The notes: generated by a model from the sequence alone, not told the origin. Shown: positions 18,728 to 28,055, numbered from the stretch's first letter. The stretch is DNA of 64,000 nt from Candidatus Lloydbacteria bacterium RIFCSPHIGHO2_02_FULL_50_18 (GCA_001821395.1 MHLM01000012.1:1-64000); one strand, 5' to 3'. Made by a program: numbers and translations.

Positions 18728-19363
18728 GTGAAGAAGATAATTTTTGATAATGAAAAGATCGGCTTGAGTGAAAAAGAGCTGGAGATCTTCTCTGCGCTCG
18801 GCACCCCCGCAGCAATTCAGTCGTTTGTTTCCGCTATTCCCCATAATTTCGAACGAAACGGTGATTCGTGCATGTCGGTGCGTGAGGTCCTTGCGAAGCG
18901 TCGCGCGCATTGCATCGAGGGTGCAGTGGTCGCAGCACTCGCATTTTGGGTTCACGGAGAGAAGCCGCTCTTAATGGACCTCGTCGCCGGTGGCGGTGAT
19001 TTTGATCATGTTGTTGCGTTGTTCAAGCGGAATGGCTGTTGGGGTGCGATATCGAAAGGCAATCACGCGTATACGCTGTATCGTGATCCCATATATCGCA
19101 CACTACGCGAACTCGCAATGTCATATTTTCATGAATACTACGACACCGATGGCATCAAGACGCTTCGTGCATACTCGCTGCCTTTTGATATACGAAAATA
19201 TCAGCCTGAAGAATGGGTGACCGGTGAGGATGCTTGGACCATCGCGGAAGATATCGGTAAGGTACGACATTTCCCGCTCATCTCCGCACACCAGGCGTCA
19301 TCATTGCGAGAGATCGATGATATTGAGCGTACTGTGGCGAAGATCACCATAACGAAGCGTTAG
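18728..19363 (+). CDS. hypothetical protein with conserved Cys/His/Asp pattern (possible transglutaminase-like/papain-like fold)
   Basis: 211 aa containing CIEGAVVAALAFWVHG ... DFDHVVALFKRNGCWGAIS. No secure family assignment. Confidence 0.5.
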   Translation: MKKIIFDNEKIGLSEKELEIFSALGTPAAIQSFVSAIPHNFERNGDSCMSVREVLAKRRAHCIEGAVVAALAFWVHGEKPLLMDLVAGGGDFDHVVALFKRNGCWGAISKGNHAYTLYRDPIYRTLRELAMSYFHEYYDTDGIKTLRAYSLPFDIRKYQPEEWVTGEDAWTIAEDIGKVRHFPLISAHQASSLREIDDIERTVAKITITKR

Positions 19364-19502
19364 CGAGTCAACAAAAGCACCCATTTGCTTTGTTGTGTTT
19401 CCCTACAGGAACTGTCCACTCGTTGGGTTTCTTTTTCACTTCATTCAAAGAATCCTCAACGAGTCTTGCGAAGCTCCATGTATTCGCTTCTCACCTCAGC
19501 AA

Positions 19503-19611
19503 CTCAGTCAACGTATATGAATACGTCTTTCCCCATACTGGGACTTCCAAATTCATACTCCCTACGGTCGTTGAATTTTAGGTCGCTCGTTGCTTTCTCC
19601 ACGCCTCGCAT
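19503..19611. repeat. short repeat, inverted copy of the one at 15072-15124
   Basis: CTCAGTCAACGTATATGAATACGTCTTT and GCTTTCTCCACGCCTCGCAT match the reverse complement of the 15072-15124 motifs, with a ~60-nt divergent insert. Confidence 0.45.
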
Positions 19612-19631
19612 CTGGGTTCTTTTGTCGACGC

Positions 19632-21188
19632 TCATGCAAATAATCTTTTTGGGCGATACTGCAACGCCTCGAGGATGTGTGCTTCCTTGATGTGGCGTGA
19701 TTCATCGATGTCGGCGATGGTTCGCGCAAGTTTGATGATGCGATGGTATGCGCGCGGTGAGAGGTCGAGGCGTTTTGCGCTCTCATTCAATAGTGTGATG
19801 ACGCTCTCGTCGAGCTTGATGAATTGGTCGATCGCATGAACGCTCATTTTTGCATTTTGTGTGACCGTGGAGCCGGCGAATCGTTTTGCTTGATGTGCGC
19901 GAGCGCGAGCGATGTCTGATTGGAGTTGCTCTATTTCCTTGTTGTCGTTTTTTCTTTTTCCCGGTGCTAATGTGTCGTGTGCAATTCGCGGGACCTCGAT
20001 CCAAAGATCGATCCGGTCGATGATCGGGCCGGATATCTTGCGTTGGTAGCGTTGAATAGCACCCGGTACGCACACGCAGGGTTTTTTGGTGTCCCCCCAA
20101 TACCCACACGGGCAAGGATTCATCGCCGCGATAAGGATGAATTCCGCAGGAAAATGTTCCGAACCTTTCGCGCGAGATACGTGCACGTAACCCTCTTCGA
20201 GCGGTTGGCGCAGTGATTCGATGACGCGCTTATCAAACTCAGGGAACTCGTCGAGAAAAAGCACACCACGATGCGCAAGTGTCACTTCACCCGGCTTTGG
20301 AATAGCACCGCCTCCGATGATGGAGACATAGGATGAGGTGTGATGCGGTGCGCGCATGGGCGAAGTCACGATGATCTCACTCGTGAGTGCCCCCGCAACG
20401 GAGTGGATCGCGGTGACCTCCAGTGCTTCTTTTTCAGAAAGTGGCGGTAAGAGTTCGGTGAATGCTTTTGCGAGCATGGTCTTTCCTGTGCCGGGAGGTC
20501 CCCAGAGGGCAATGTTGTGTCCGCCTGCGGCGGCGATCATGAGTCCACGCTTCGCACCTTCTTGCCCGCGAATATCGCTCCATGATCGATGTACTATTCG
20601 TGAAAGTGGTGTGTCGAGTGGCGTGGCTTCTTGCGGAGTGATGCGTTCATGCGCCGCCCCGCCTTTGAGGTCTGGTGTGAGGTGCGCGATCACTTGCTTC
20701 AATGAGGTGACAGGATAAACAGTGATACCGGAGACGAGTGCCGCCTCGCGCGCATTTTCTTTGGGCACGAAGACCTCCGTCATTCCAAGATTCTTTGCCG
20801 CACTCGCGATCGCAAGCGCCCCTCTGATCGCACGCACGTCGCCATTGAGCGCAAGTTCCCCTGCGAACGACCTGTTTTCCGTGGCGAAGCGGCAGTCTTC
20901 CGTTGCAAGGAGATAACAGAGCGCGATCGGTAGATCAAAAGACGGTCCTTCTTTTTTGAGTGAGGCGGGTGCGAGGGCAACCGTGATCTTTTGGTTGCGC
21001 TGTTTTGGTGATTTGTATCCGCTATTTTTAATTGCGGCACTGACGCGGTCGCGTGATTCTTCGACGGCCTTGTCGGGAAGTCCTACGATTGTAAAGGCGT
21101 GAATACCTTTCGTAAGATCAGCCTCAATCGTGATACGATGTCCGCCGGAAAGCGTCGGTTGGATGGAATACAGTTTTGCAAATGCCAT
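19632..21188 (-). CDS. comM: Mg-chelatase-like AAA+ ATPase ComM/YifB family
   Basis: MAFAKLYSIQPTLSGGHRITIEADLTKGIHAFTIVGLPD is a ComM N-terminus. Walker A GPPGTGKTMLAKA, Walker B VLFLDEFPEF, and a Cys-rich zinc motif NPCPCGYWGDTKKPCVC. Confidence 0.85.
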   Translation of the reverse strand: MAFAKLYSIQPTLSGGHRITIEADLTKGIHAFTIVGLPDKAVEESRDRVSAAIKNSGYKSPKQRNQKITVALAPASLKKEGPSFDLPIALCYLLATEDCRFATENRSFAGELALNGDVRAIRGALAIASAAKNLGMTEVFVPKENAREAALVSGITVYPVTSLKQVIAHLTPDLKGGAAHERITPQEATPLDTPLSRIVHRSWSDIRGQEGAKRGLMIAAAGGHNIALWGPPGTGKTMLAKAFTELLPPLSEKEALEVTAIHSVAGALTSEIIVTSPMRAPHHTSSYVSIIGGGAIPKPGEVTLAHRGVLFLDEFPEFDKRVIESLRQPLEEGYVHVSRAKGSEHFPAEFILIAAMNPCPCGYWGDTKKPCVCVPGAIQRYQRKISGPIIDRIDLWIEVPRIAHDTLAPGKRKNDNKEIEQLQSDIARARAHQAKRFAGSTVTQNAKMSVHAIDQFIKLDESVITLLNESAKRLDLSPRAYHRIIKLARTIADIDESRHIKEAHILEALQYRPKRLFA

Positions 21189-21199
21189 GATGCGTCGGG

Positions 21200-21559
21200 T
21201 TATTCCATGTGTGCGATGCACGTGGTTGCTGCGGGATTTGCCAGCAGCCGGGATTCTTCGATGTCCATATTGCAAACGACACAACTTCCGTAGGTGCCTG
21301 CGTCGATCGCGGTGAGTGCGGCGTTGACTTCGTTCCATCTTTTTTCGAGTTCAAATTCGACCGCGCTGCGATCTTCAAAGTTAGTGATCTCACCCGCCCT
21401 TTCCTCCTCTTCGGCAGTATCGAGATTCAGGTCTGCCGCAACGGGTTCCCAGTCCGCGAGATTGTCCGGATTAATGCGCCCAACCTTCTGTAATTCTTGA
21501 ACAAGTATTGCTTTCTCTTCTTCGAGTTTTTGTTTTAATTGTGCGAATTGTGTTCCCAT
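21200..21559 (-). CDS. DksA/TraR-family C4 zinc-finger protein
   Basis: C-terminal YGSCVVCNMDIEESRLLANPAATTCIAHME (CxxC-17-C) preceded by a coiled-coil N-terminus. Confidence 0.65.
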   Translation of the reverse strand: MGTQFAQLKQKLEEEKAILVQELQKVGRINPDNLADWEPVAADLNLDTAEEEERAGEITNFEDRSAVEFELEKRWNEVNAALTAIDAGTYGSCVVCNMDIEESRLLANPAATTCIAHME

Positions 21560-21603
21560 ATGTAGTTATCATACGCGAAAAAAGTATAGTGGCAACATTT
21601 TTT

Positions 21604-22536
21604 CTACTGTACGGTTGTCTCGGTAAGAGAGAGAATGAGTCCTCGCAATGCTTCTTCGCCGCCGGCGATGACGAGTGTTTTTCTTTCGAGGATCGTGTAT
21701 GCGATAAGTAGTATTCCGGAATCGTCACGCAGTACGCGTGCATCGACACCCTCAAGGCGTTCATCAGTGAAGGGCTTGTTGCGAACGGTCACGAGGCCGG
21801 TCCTTCCATAATTGGGGTTAAGTGCCGGGGCGAGGTCGTTCGCCATGCTATTTTCCCACTCAAGCATTCCCGCAAAGGTTTCCGGATATGAGCGTGAGGT
21901 GACCTTGAAAAATCCCGCGAGTGAGTGTTCCCCTGTATAAATTCCATATGTGTTGGTCTCATCGAGCGAACGGAGCAATGTTTCAGGCGGAATGGAGTGT
22001 GCAAGTGCGGTGAAAAGTTCTGCTGTAGACGCGTCACTCGTGCCACCTTCGACATTGTTCACCGTGAACGCTATTTCACGTATTTTTCCCGATGCAAGCG
22101 TTGTGTCGCCGAAAGCAATGAAAATGTCAGCCATGATCTGCTCGCGCGGGGAGCCGGTGATAGCAATCTCCGCTGATATTTGGCGCTCAGGTTTGTTGGG
22201 TGTCGTTACCTCCGTGGTAGTGGTTGTTTTTGATCCCACAAGTACATAGAGTGCGATGCCGATACCGAAAGTGAGCACGAGCAGAAGGACAAAGATGATC
22301 CTGCCAAGATGAGATCCCCCTTCATGTATAGTGCGTGTTTCCCCTCGCTCTTCGCGACGCTCCGTCTCTGCGATGACCATTTGTGTTTTGGTCATGTTTT
22401 GTTTTGTGACGAGGTCGGCTACATCGCCGCGAAAAGTACGTAGCGGTGGTACTTTTTCCGAGCCGCGGCTGCGCGCCTTCTTTCTGCGCTGTTCGCTCTC
22501 GTCGTACGTTGGTCCATCGTAGGATATCTCTTTCAT
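21604..22536 (-). CDS. hypothetical single-pass membrane protein
   Basis: 310 aa with a charged N-terminus, one TM (IIFVLLLVLTFGIGIALYVLVG) and a Thr-rich stalk. Confidence 0.5.
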   Translation of the reverse strand: MKEISYDGPTYDESEQRRKKARSRGSEKVPPLRTFRGDVADLVTKQNMTKTQMVIAETERREERGETRTIHEGGSHLGRIIFVLLLVLTFGIGIALYVLVGSKTTTTTEVTTPNKPERQISAEIAITGSPREQIMADIFIAFGDTTLASGKIREIAFTVNNVEGGTSDASTAELFTALAHSIPPETLLRSLDETNTYGIYTGEHSLAGFFKVTSRSYPETFAGMLEWENSMANDLAPALNPNYGRTGLVTVRNKPFTDERLEGVDARVLRDDSGILLIAYTILERKTLVIAGGEEALRGLILSLTETTVQ

Positions 22537-22640
22537 GTGTTTGCATTATACCGTTGTTCTCTTTTGTGAGGAAATTACATTTGAACAGCAATAGGTCATA
22601 CGTCCGACAGATAAACATGTTTTCGATCCGAGTTGAAAAT

Positions 22641-22668
22641 GAAAGACCATCCTTGGCGGTGGTCTTTC
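22641..22668 (-). terminator. hairpin terminator downstream of pnp
   Basis: GAAAGACCA ... TGGTCTTTC perfect 9-bp stem just 3' of the pnp stop. Confidence 0.45.
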
Positions 22669-22674
22669 ATCTAG

Positions 22675-24870
22675 CTATATCCCCGGTTTTGGCGTGGGGA
22701 CGAATCTTTTTGGTGTCGGACCGGTGTCATCGCCATGAGATTCACTCATCATCTTTGCATCTCGCTCGTTTGGCTTGATGAAATCCTTGTCGGCGCGCTT
22801 GATGGAGAGGTTGATGCGACCCTTATCATCGACTTCTTTGACGACGACGGGGACTTCCATTCCCTCCTTAACATAATCAGCGACGCGCTCGATACGGAAT
22901 GGGGCAATTTCAGAGACGTGAACGAGTCCTTCCGCGCTGTGCCCTATCTTTACAAAGGCACCAAAGTCCATGAGTCGCGTGACGACACCCTTGAACATTT
23001 CTCCTGCAACGTACTCGTGGGTCATTTCCGCAATAATATCGCGTGCCTTCTCCGCGGAGCCGCTCTTTCCGGTGCAGAACACTGTGCCATCATCTTCAAT
23101 ATCGATCTCCGCTCCTGTTTGCTCGCGGATCTCTTTTACTGTTTTTCCTCCGGAGCCGATTACCATCCCGATCTGGTCGGGCTTGATCTTGATGACCACG
23201 ATCTTCGGAGCAAAGGGAGAAATGTCCGCACGTGGTGCTGCAATTGCGGCCTTCATTGTCTCAAGAATAGTGAGGCGAGCGGCTTTCGCTTTTGCAAACG
23301 CTTCCGCGAGTATCGGTAGTGGAATTCCATTAACCTTTACATCCATTTGAATTGCAGTAACACCGTTCTTTGTGCCGGCAACCTTGAAATCCATATCGCC
23401 GTGATGATCCTCAGGTCCCTGGATATCAGTGAGTACCTTATACTTTGTCGGTGTTTCCATCATCAGTCCCGATGCGATGCCTGCGACCGGCTCCGTAATG
23501 GGCACGCCTGCATCCATGAGGGCCAACGTGGAACCGCAGACCGAGGCCATTGATGTCGAACCATTCGAGGCCATTGATTCAGAAACGATGCGGATGGTGT
23601 ACGGAAAGGCCTCCTTCGCAGGAAGTACCGGCAGGAGTGCCTTTTCGGCAAGCGCCCCGTGCCCGATCGCTCGGCGGTTCATTCCCCCCATGCGTCCTGT
23701 CTCACCCGAAGAAAATGGCGGAAAGTTGTAATGATGCAGGTAGCGTTTCTTCCCCTGCACCTCCATTCCTTCAATGATGAGTGAATCCTGCGGTCCGCCT
23801 AATGTGAGTACGGAAAGCACGTGTGTTCCTCCGCGATAAAAGACTCCCGATCCGTGAAGTACGGGCGAGATCCCTCCTGCCTCTGCAAGAAGCGGGCGTA
23901 CCTCATCGAATGAGCGGCCATCAGGGCGCTTGTTCTCGTTGATTGCCTTTTTGTGCAGGAGATCATTTACCTCGTCATCAAAATATTGTGCTGCAAGTTT
24001 GTCATTCATCCCCTCGACGGCTTTGACGCATGTCATCCACTCATCCATGAGTGCATATTCGCGTGTACGGCCGGCCTCTCCCCAGATTGTTGATTCAAAT
24101 TTTGGAGCGATCTTCTCTGTAAACAATGCCTTGATGTCTTCACCAACCTCGTCGAGCTCTATGATGCGTTTCGTTTTTCCTAGTTTTGCAATAATCGCTT
24201 CCTGAAACTTTTGTAGTTTCTCGATCTCAGCACTTGCATAGGTGAGTCCTTCCATGACGACATCTTCTGAGATCTGCTCTCCCCCCATCTCGATCATGTT
24301 GACGTTGCCGTCCTTGCCGCAGACGATAAGCTCGCAGTCACCTTCAATGATCTCTACATTTTCTTCGACACGAAATGACGGCATCGTGACCCATTTTCCG
24401 TTCTGTCTAGAAACGCGTACCGCAGAGACCGGCCCGCCGAACGGAATCTCGGAAACCGCAAGCGCGATCGACGCACCGTTCACCGCGAGTACGTCCGGCT
24501 CGTCTTTATCGATCGAAAGAACGGTGATGACGACTTGTACGTCGTATCGTATGCGTCCATCGAAAAGTGGGCGTATTGCACGGTCGATGATGCGACCGGA
24601 CAAAACCGCGACATCCGAGGGACGTCCCTCGCGGCGCATGTATTGGCTACCAAGGATCTTGCCTGCGGCATAAAAGCGCTCCTCATAATCCACCGTAAGC
24701 GGGAAAAAATCTCCTCCCTCACGCTTCTTATTCGACATCACCGCGGTCGCAAGGATAGTCGTATTCCCATATCGGATAAAGACCGAACCGTGGGCTTGGT
24801 TCGCAAGGTCATTGAACTCCGCGATAAGCTTCTTTCCCCCGATCTCGATCTCGAATGATTCTTTTTTCAT
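22675..24870 (-). CDS. pnp: polyribonucleotide nucleotidyltransferase (PNPase)
   Basis: 731 aa with two RNase PH domains, KH and S1 C-terminal domains (GEMFKGVVTRLMDFGAFVKIG) and N-terminus MKKESFEIEIGGKKL. Confidence 0.95.
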   Translation of the reverse strand: MKKESFEIEIGGKKLIAEFNDLANQAHGSVFIRYGNTTILATAVMSNKKREGGDFFPLTVDYEERFYAAGKILGSQYMRREGRPSDVAVLSGRIIDRAIRPLFDGRIRYDVQVVITVLSIDKDEPDVLAVNGASIALAVSEIPFGGPVSAVRVSRQNGKWVTMPSFRVEENVEIIEGDCELIVCGKDGNVNMIEMGGEQISEDVVMEGLTYASAEIEKLQKFQEAIIAKLGKTKRIIELDEVGEDIKALFTEKIAPKFESTIWGEAGRTREYALMDEWMTCVKAVEGMNDKLAAQYFDDEVNDLLHKKAINENKRPDGRSFDEVRPLLAEAGGISPVLHGSGVFYRGGTHVLSVLTLGGPQDSLIIEGMEVQGKKRYLHHYNFPPFSSGETGRMGGMNRRAIGHGALAEKALLPVLPAKEAFPYTIRIVSESMASNGSTSMASVCGSTLALMDAGVPITEPVAGIASGLMMETPTKYKVLTDIQGPEDHHGDMDFKVAGTKNGVTAIQMDVKVNGIPLPILAEAFAKAKAARLTILETMKAAIAAPRADISPFAPKIVVIKIKPDQIGMVIGSGGKTVKEIREQTGAEIDIEDDGTVFCTGKSGSAEKARDIIAEMTHEYVAGEMFKGVVTRLMDFGAFVKIGHSAEGLVHVSEIAPFRIERVADYVKEGMEVPVVVKEVDDKGRINLSIKRADKDFIKPNERDAKMMSESHGDDTGPTPKRFVPTPKPGI

Positions 24871-24982
24871 AACATGAATTTACGTTGTGGTGTCCAGATT
24901 CTCGCATTGAAAGAGTGCCTTCAATTCGATGATCCGGACGCCGCAGCGGCTGGTAATGGAGTCACTATAGCAAACGCAGATA

Positions 24983-25222
24983 AAAATAAAAGGTAATTAA
25001 ACCCTAGGGCACAAGCCCTGGACTCGCAGTGAGCTCGCAAAGCCTCGCGCGAGTCCAGGGCTTGTGCCGCCAGGATATCGAACCTTTTTAGCACTCCTCG
25101 GCACCACGGGGAGTACTTCCATTTTTCTAAAGCAGAATACTGCTAAGAAAAATTGGTCGCCCGGAAATGAAAAAGAAGACTTTTTTATTTCGCTCGCTCT
25201 ACGTCGGCAATAAAAGCGGGGC
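24983..25222. repeat. copy A of a 230-290 bp intergenic repeat element containing a ~20-bp perfect-stem hairpin; copy B is at 51613-51905 in inverted orientation
   Basis: GGCACAAGCCCTGGACTCGC...GCGAGTCCAGGGCTTGTGCC hairpin plus a shared ~150-nt flank (…CTCCTCGGCACCACGGGGAGTACTTCCATTTTTCTAAAGCAGAATACTGCTAAGAAAAATTGGTCGCCCGGAAATGAAAAAGAAGAC…). Confidence 0.6.
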
Positions 25223-25247
25223 AATGGCCACACCTTTTTCCAGATTC

Positions 25248-25847
25248 CTAAAGCGACACTGCGCGCCGGGGTCGCGGCTCATTTCCCTCCCTTCCGCTCC
25301 GTCCTCCTCCGCGTGGCACACTTCTGCGTTTTTCCTTGAATCCCAAGAGATATGCGCTCGGATCTCCGGAAAGATCAAAGAAGTCGTCGGCGGCATCGCG
25401 CAATTTTGATGAAGCAGACTTACCGAATGCAACGACTTCGACTTGGATGCCCATATTGATTTGAAGGTATTTTACAAGCGGTTCGAAATCGCCGTCTCCG
25501 GAGGCGATGATGATCGCATCAAGTTTCGGTGCAAGCGTGATTGCGTCGACTGCGAGGCCGACGTCCCAGTCACCCTTCTTAGCTCCACCCCAGAATTCCT
25601 GGAGTTCTTTCGATCGTGTTTCGATGCCAATCTTACCGAGTGCCTCGAAGAATGCCTGTTCCTCACCGGATTTTGTTGAGATGACATATGCCATTGCGCG
25701 AATAAGTTTTCTGCCCGCAACGGCATCTTCGAGAATGTTACTAAAATTCACTCGGGCATCATCATAAAGATTCTTTGCACTGTGATAGAGATTCTGCGCA
25801 TCAATAAAGACACCGACGCGCTGGTCTTTGTGTTTTGTGACTGACAT
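25248..25847 (-). CDS. NYN-domain (LabA-like) putative ribonuclease
   Basis: RVGVFIDAQNLYHSAKN ... IIIASGDGDFEPLV, typical NYN/LabA residues. It lies between rpsO and pnp. Confidence 0.65.
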   Translation of the reverse strand: MSVTKHKDQRVGVFIDAQNLYHSAKNLYDDARVNFSNILEDAVAGRKLIRAMAYVISTKSGEEQAFFEALGKIGIETRSKELQEFWGGAKKGDWDVGLAVDAITLAPKLDAIIIASGDGDFEPLVKYLQINMGIQVEVVAFGKSASSKLRDAADDFFDLSGDPSAYLLGFKEKRRSVPRGGGRSGREGNEPRPRRAVSL

Positions 25848-26070
25848 AAGTGTGGCGATTCGCGGATCTTGATGAATTTCTTCGCTGTCTTCACGTCAAG
25901 GTCCCTAAGAACTTACGGTGAGTAAGTCTGGAGAGCCCCGCTCGGCTCGACGCCTCGAACTTCATTCAAGATCTACAAAACGTTAGTTATAAAAAGTAAT
26001 CAAACGTTTATAAAAATGTGCGAACAGTAGATAGATTAAATAATGCGGTCTCGAAAATTCTCACACAAAA

Positions 26071-26103
26071 AATAATAATGCACGCTTGTCGTGCATTATT
26101 ATT
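26071..26103 (-). terminator. rho-independent terminator after rpsO
   Basis: AATAATAATGCACG-loop-CGTGCATTATTATT perfect stem followed by a T-run on the coding strand. Confidence 0.55.
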
Positions 26104-26367
26104 TTACTTGATTCCTAATTTCTTGACGAGTGAGTTGTACTTTGCCTCACTCTTCTTTTTTAAATATTTGAGGTGGGCACGGCGGTCAGAAACCATTTTG
26201 AGCAAACCGCGGCGTGAATGATTGTCCTTCTTGTTCTCCTTCAGGTGCGCTGCAAGCTCATTGATCTTTTGACTTAAAATAGCGATCTGAACCTCCGGAG
26301 AACCGGTATCGGTATCGTGACGCTGGGTTTTGGCCATAACGACCTGCTTTTTCTTTGCTGTTAACAT
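26104..26367 (-). CDS. rpsO: 30S ribosomal protein S15
   Basis: [59 protein letters not shown] matches the S15 consensus. Start trimmed to MLTAKKK. Confidence 0.85.
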   Translation of the reverse strand: MLTAKKKQVVMAKTQRHDTDTGSPEVQIAILSQKINELAAHLKENKKDNHSRRGLLKMVSDRRAHLKYLKKKSEAKYNSLVKKLGIK

Positions 26368-26415
26368 GGGAGACATCCTAGCACGAAAGAAAAAAAAACG
26401 CAACCTTGATCGCTG

Positions 26416-26646
26416 CTAAAATTTTTCGTCAAGAAATCGCTGAAGTTCTTGGTCGGGGGTAAGACTGACATGTGAATATTCGATACTATCGTCTGCAGCA
26501 AGCATTTGTTTTGTCTCGTCATTTATCGCTCTGATGTCGACGGGGGTGCTGCCCCCCTCCTCTTCTTCGCTAAAAATATCCCCATCTTTGATAAAGATGA
26601 TCTGCGTGCCGAGGCTTTGTTTTCCCGTGTAACTTGGGATTGGCAT
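26416..26646 (-). CDS. small acidic hypothetical protein
   Basis: 76-aa ORF, Glu/Asp-rich, no motif recognised. Confidence 0.4.
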   Translation of the reverse strand: MPIPSYTGKQSLGTQIIFIKDGDIFSEEEEGGSTPVDIRAINDETKQMLAADDSIEYSHVSLTPDQELQRFLDEKF

Positions 26647-26657
26647 AGTGGTTTGTA

Positions 26658-26978
26658 CTATTCTGCGTAGTGAGATGACCTGAAGGCTTCAAGCGCATCA
26701 GGGCTTAAGTTTGTCGCGTTCAGGACGTCCTCGATATTTTCCACCTCAATCTCTTCCGGTAGTTGCTCGAGTCCATCTTCGGCGGAAGCATATGCTCTTC
26801 GGAGCATAGTACTAATATCTGCTTCGTTTTCTTCTCCTCCTTCGAACACTGGTGCTTCGTTTGGGTTAAACATAGATTCTGTTGCTCTCATCGTATCACT
26901 CGTGTTTGTTTTTTTCAACAAGCAAAGATATGCACAACCTTTCTTTTTCATTATGTCTAACCCCATCTTCTGCGCCAA
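26658..26978 (-). CDS. small acidic hypothetical protein (start uncertain, possibly internal Met MRATES)
   Basis: 106-aa ORF with an acidic C-terminal half (EEIEVENIEDVLN). Confidence 0.4.
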   Translation of the reverse strand: MAQKMGLDIMKKKGCAYLCLLKKTNTSDTMRATESMFNPNEAPVFEGGEENEADISTMLRRAYASAEDGLEQLPEEIEVENIEDVLNATNLSPDALEAFRSSHYAE

Positions 26979-27006
26979 AGATCGATTCGCTTGCTACAAT
27001 GAATAA

Positions 27007-27948
27007 ATGGACTTACATGAGTGGAAAAAACATTTTCTTGAATACACGGAAATAGAAAAAGGAAGAAGTATTCATACGGTAGAAAATTATGATCGCTATT
27101 TGACGCGTTTTCTTGAATATTCGAAGCTGACGCAGCCGTCGGATATTACCTATGACGTCGTCCGTGAATACCGTCTTTGGCTCAATAGGCAGCTCGCAAC
27201 GGAGTCGCGTCGGGGGGTTCCGGAAACTACATTAAAAAAGCGGACACAGAACTATTATCTGATCGCTCTTCGCGCATTCCTGAAATATTTGATGCGTCAG
27301 GGTGCTGAAAATATCATGTCGCCGGAGAAGATCGAGCTCGCAAAAGTTTCAGAGCGTGAATTAGACCTGATATCCACACAGGATCTTGATCGTCTGCTCA
27401 TGGCCCCACGGGGTGATACGCTTGTTGCGCTTCGCGATACAGCGATACTGGAATTATTATTCTCCACCGGTCTGCGTGTATCTGAATTGTGCGGGCTGCC
27501 ACGCGACTTGGATCTTTCCCGCGATGAGTTTTCCGTGCGGGGAAAGGGTGAAAAGGTGCGTGTCGTATTTTTGTCCGAGACGGCGAAAGCAGCACTGAAG
27601 GCTTATCTTCACAGAAGGACAGATGTTGATGACGCCCTTTTTGTGCAGGTGGGCCGCGGCGGAGAACGATCCCAAATCAAAAAAGAAGGTTCGTTAAGGC
27701 TTACTTCCCGTTCCGTGGAACGCCTTGTGAAACACTATGCAATAAAGTCAGGAATCTCAAAAAAGGTCACCCCTCATGTTATTCGTCACAGTTTTGCCAC
27801 TGACCTATTGGAAAATGGGGCCGACCTTCGTTCCGTGCAGGCGTTATTGGGGCATGCAAATATTGCCACCACGCAGATATACACACATGTGACTGATAGC
27901 AAACTTCGTGAAGTGCATAAGCTGTTTCACGATAAGCGCAAAAGGTGA
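27007..27948 (+). CDS. tyrosine site-specific recombinase, XerC/XerD family
   Basis: C-terminal catalytic block HVIRHSFATDLLENGADLRSVQALLGHANIATTQIYTHV (R..H..R..Y). The N-terminal SAM-like domain has the conserved W/Y residues. Confidence 0.9.
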   Translation: MDLHEWKKHFLEYTEIEKGRSIHTVENYDRYLTRFLEYSKLTQPSDITYDVVREYRLWLNRQLATESRRGVPETTLKKRTQNYYLIALRAFLKYLMRQGAENIMSPEKIELAKVSERELDLISTQDLDRLLMAPRGDTLVALRDTAILELLFSTGLRVSELCGLPRDLDLSRDEFSVRGKGEKVRVVFLSETAKAALKAYLHRRTDVDDALFVQVGRGGERSQIKKEGSLRLTSRSVERLVKHYAIKSGISKKVTPHVIRHSFATDLLENGADLRSVQALLGHANIATTQIYTHVTDSKLREVHKLFHDKRKR

Positions 27949-28055
27949 TCGTTCCGTGAAACGTAATGCTTTTGTTATTCGTGTAACAATTTAGTTTTTT
28001 ATAGGCGTTCTACTGGTGATAGGCGGGAATATTTCTTTTGCGATATAATCATGAA

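Noticed and set aside
24881-24960. Possible tRNA-like sequence in the pnp 5' region
   Set aside because: No acceptor/T-arm complementarity could be drawn and there is no GTTCGAATC-type T-loop.
25167-25409. 80-aa ORF MKKKTFLFRSLYVGNKSG... and its relatives 24997-25233, 51447-51722 and 51611-51889, which share peptide strings
   Set aside because: They lie inside the two copies of the hairpin repeat element. The amino-acid similarity is simply the DNA repeat read in frame, and the ORFs run antisense into neighbouring real genes.
27007-27948. Xer-type recombinase as marker of an integrated element with the flanking small acidic ORFs
   Set aside because: No flanking direct repeats, tRNA target or cargo genes. 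A stand-alone XerC/D-like gene is normal chromosomal equipment for dimer resolution. Low evidence for a mobile element here.
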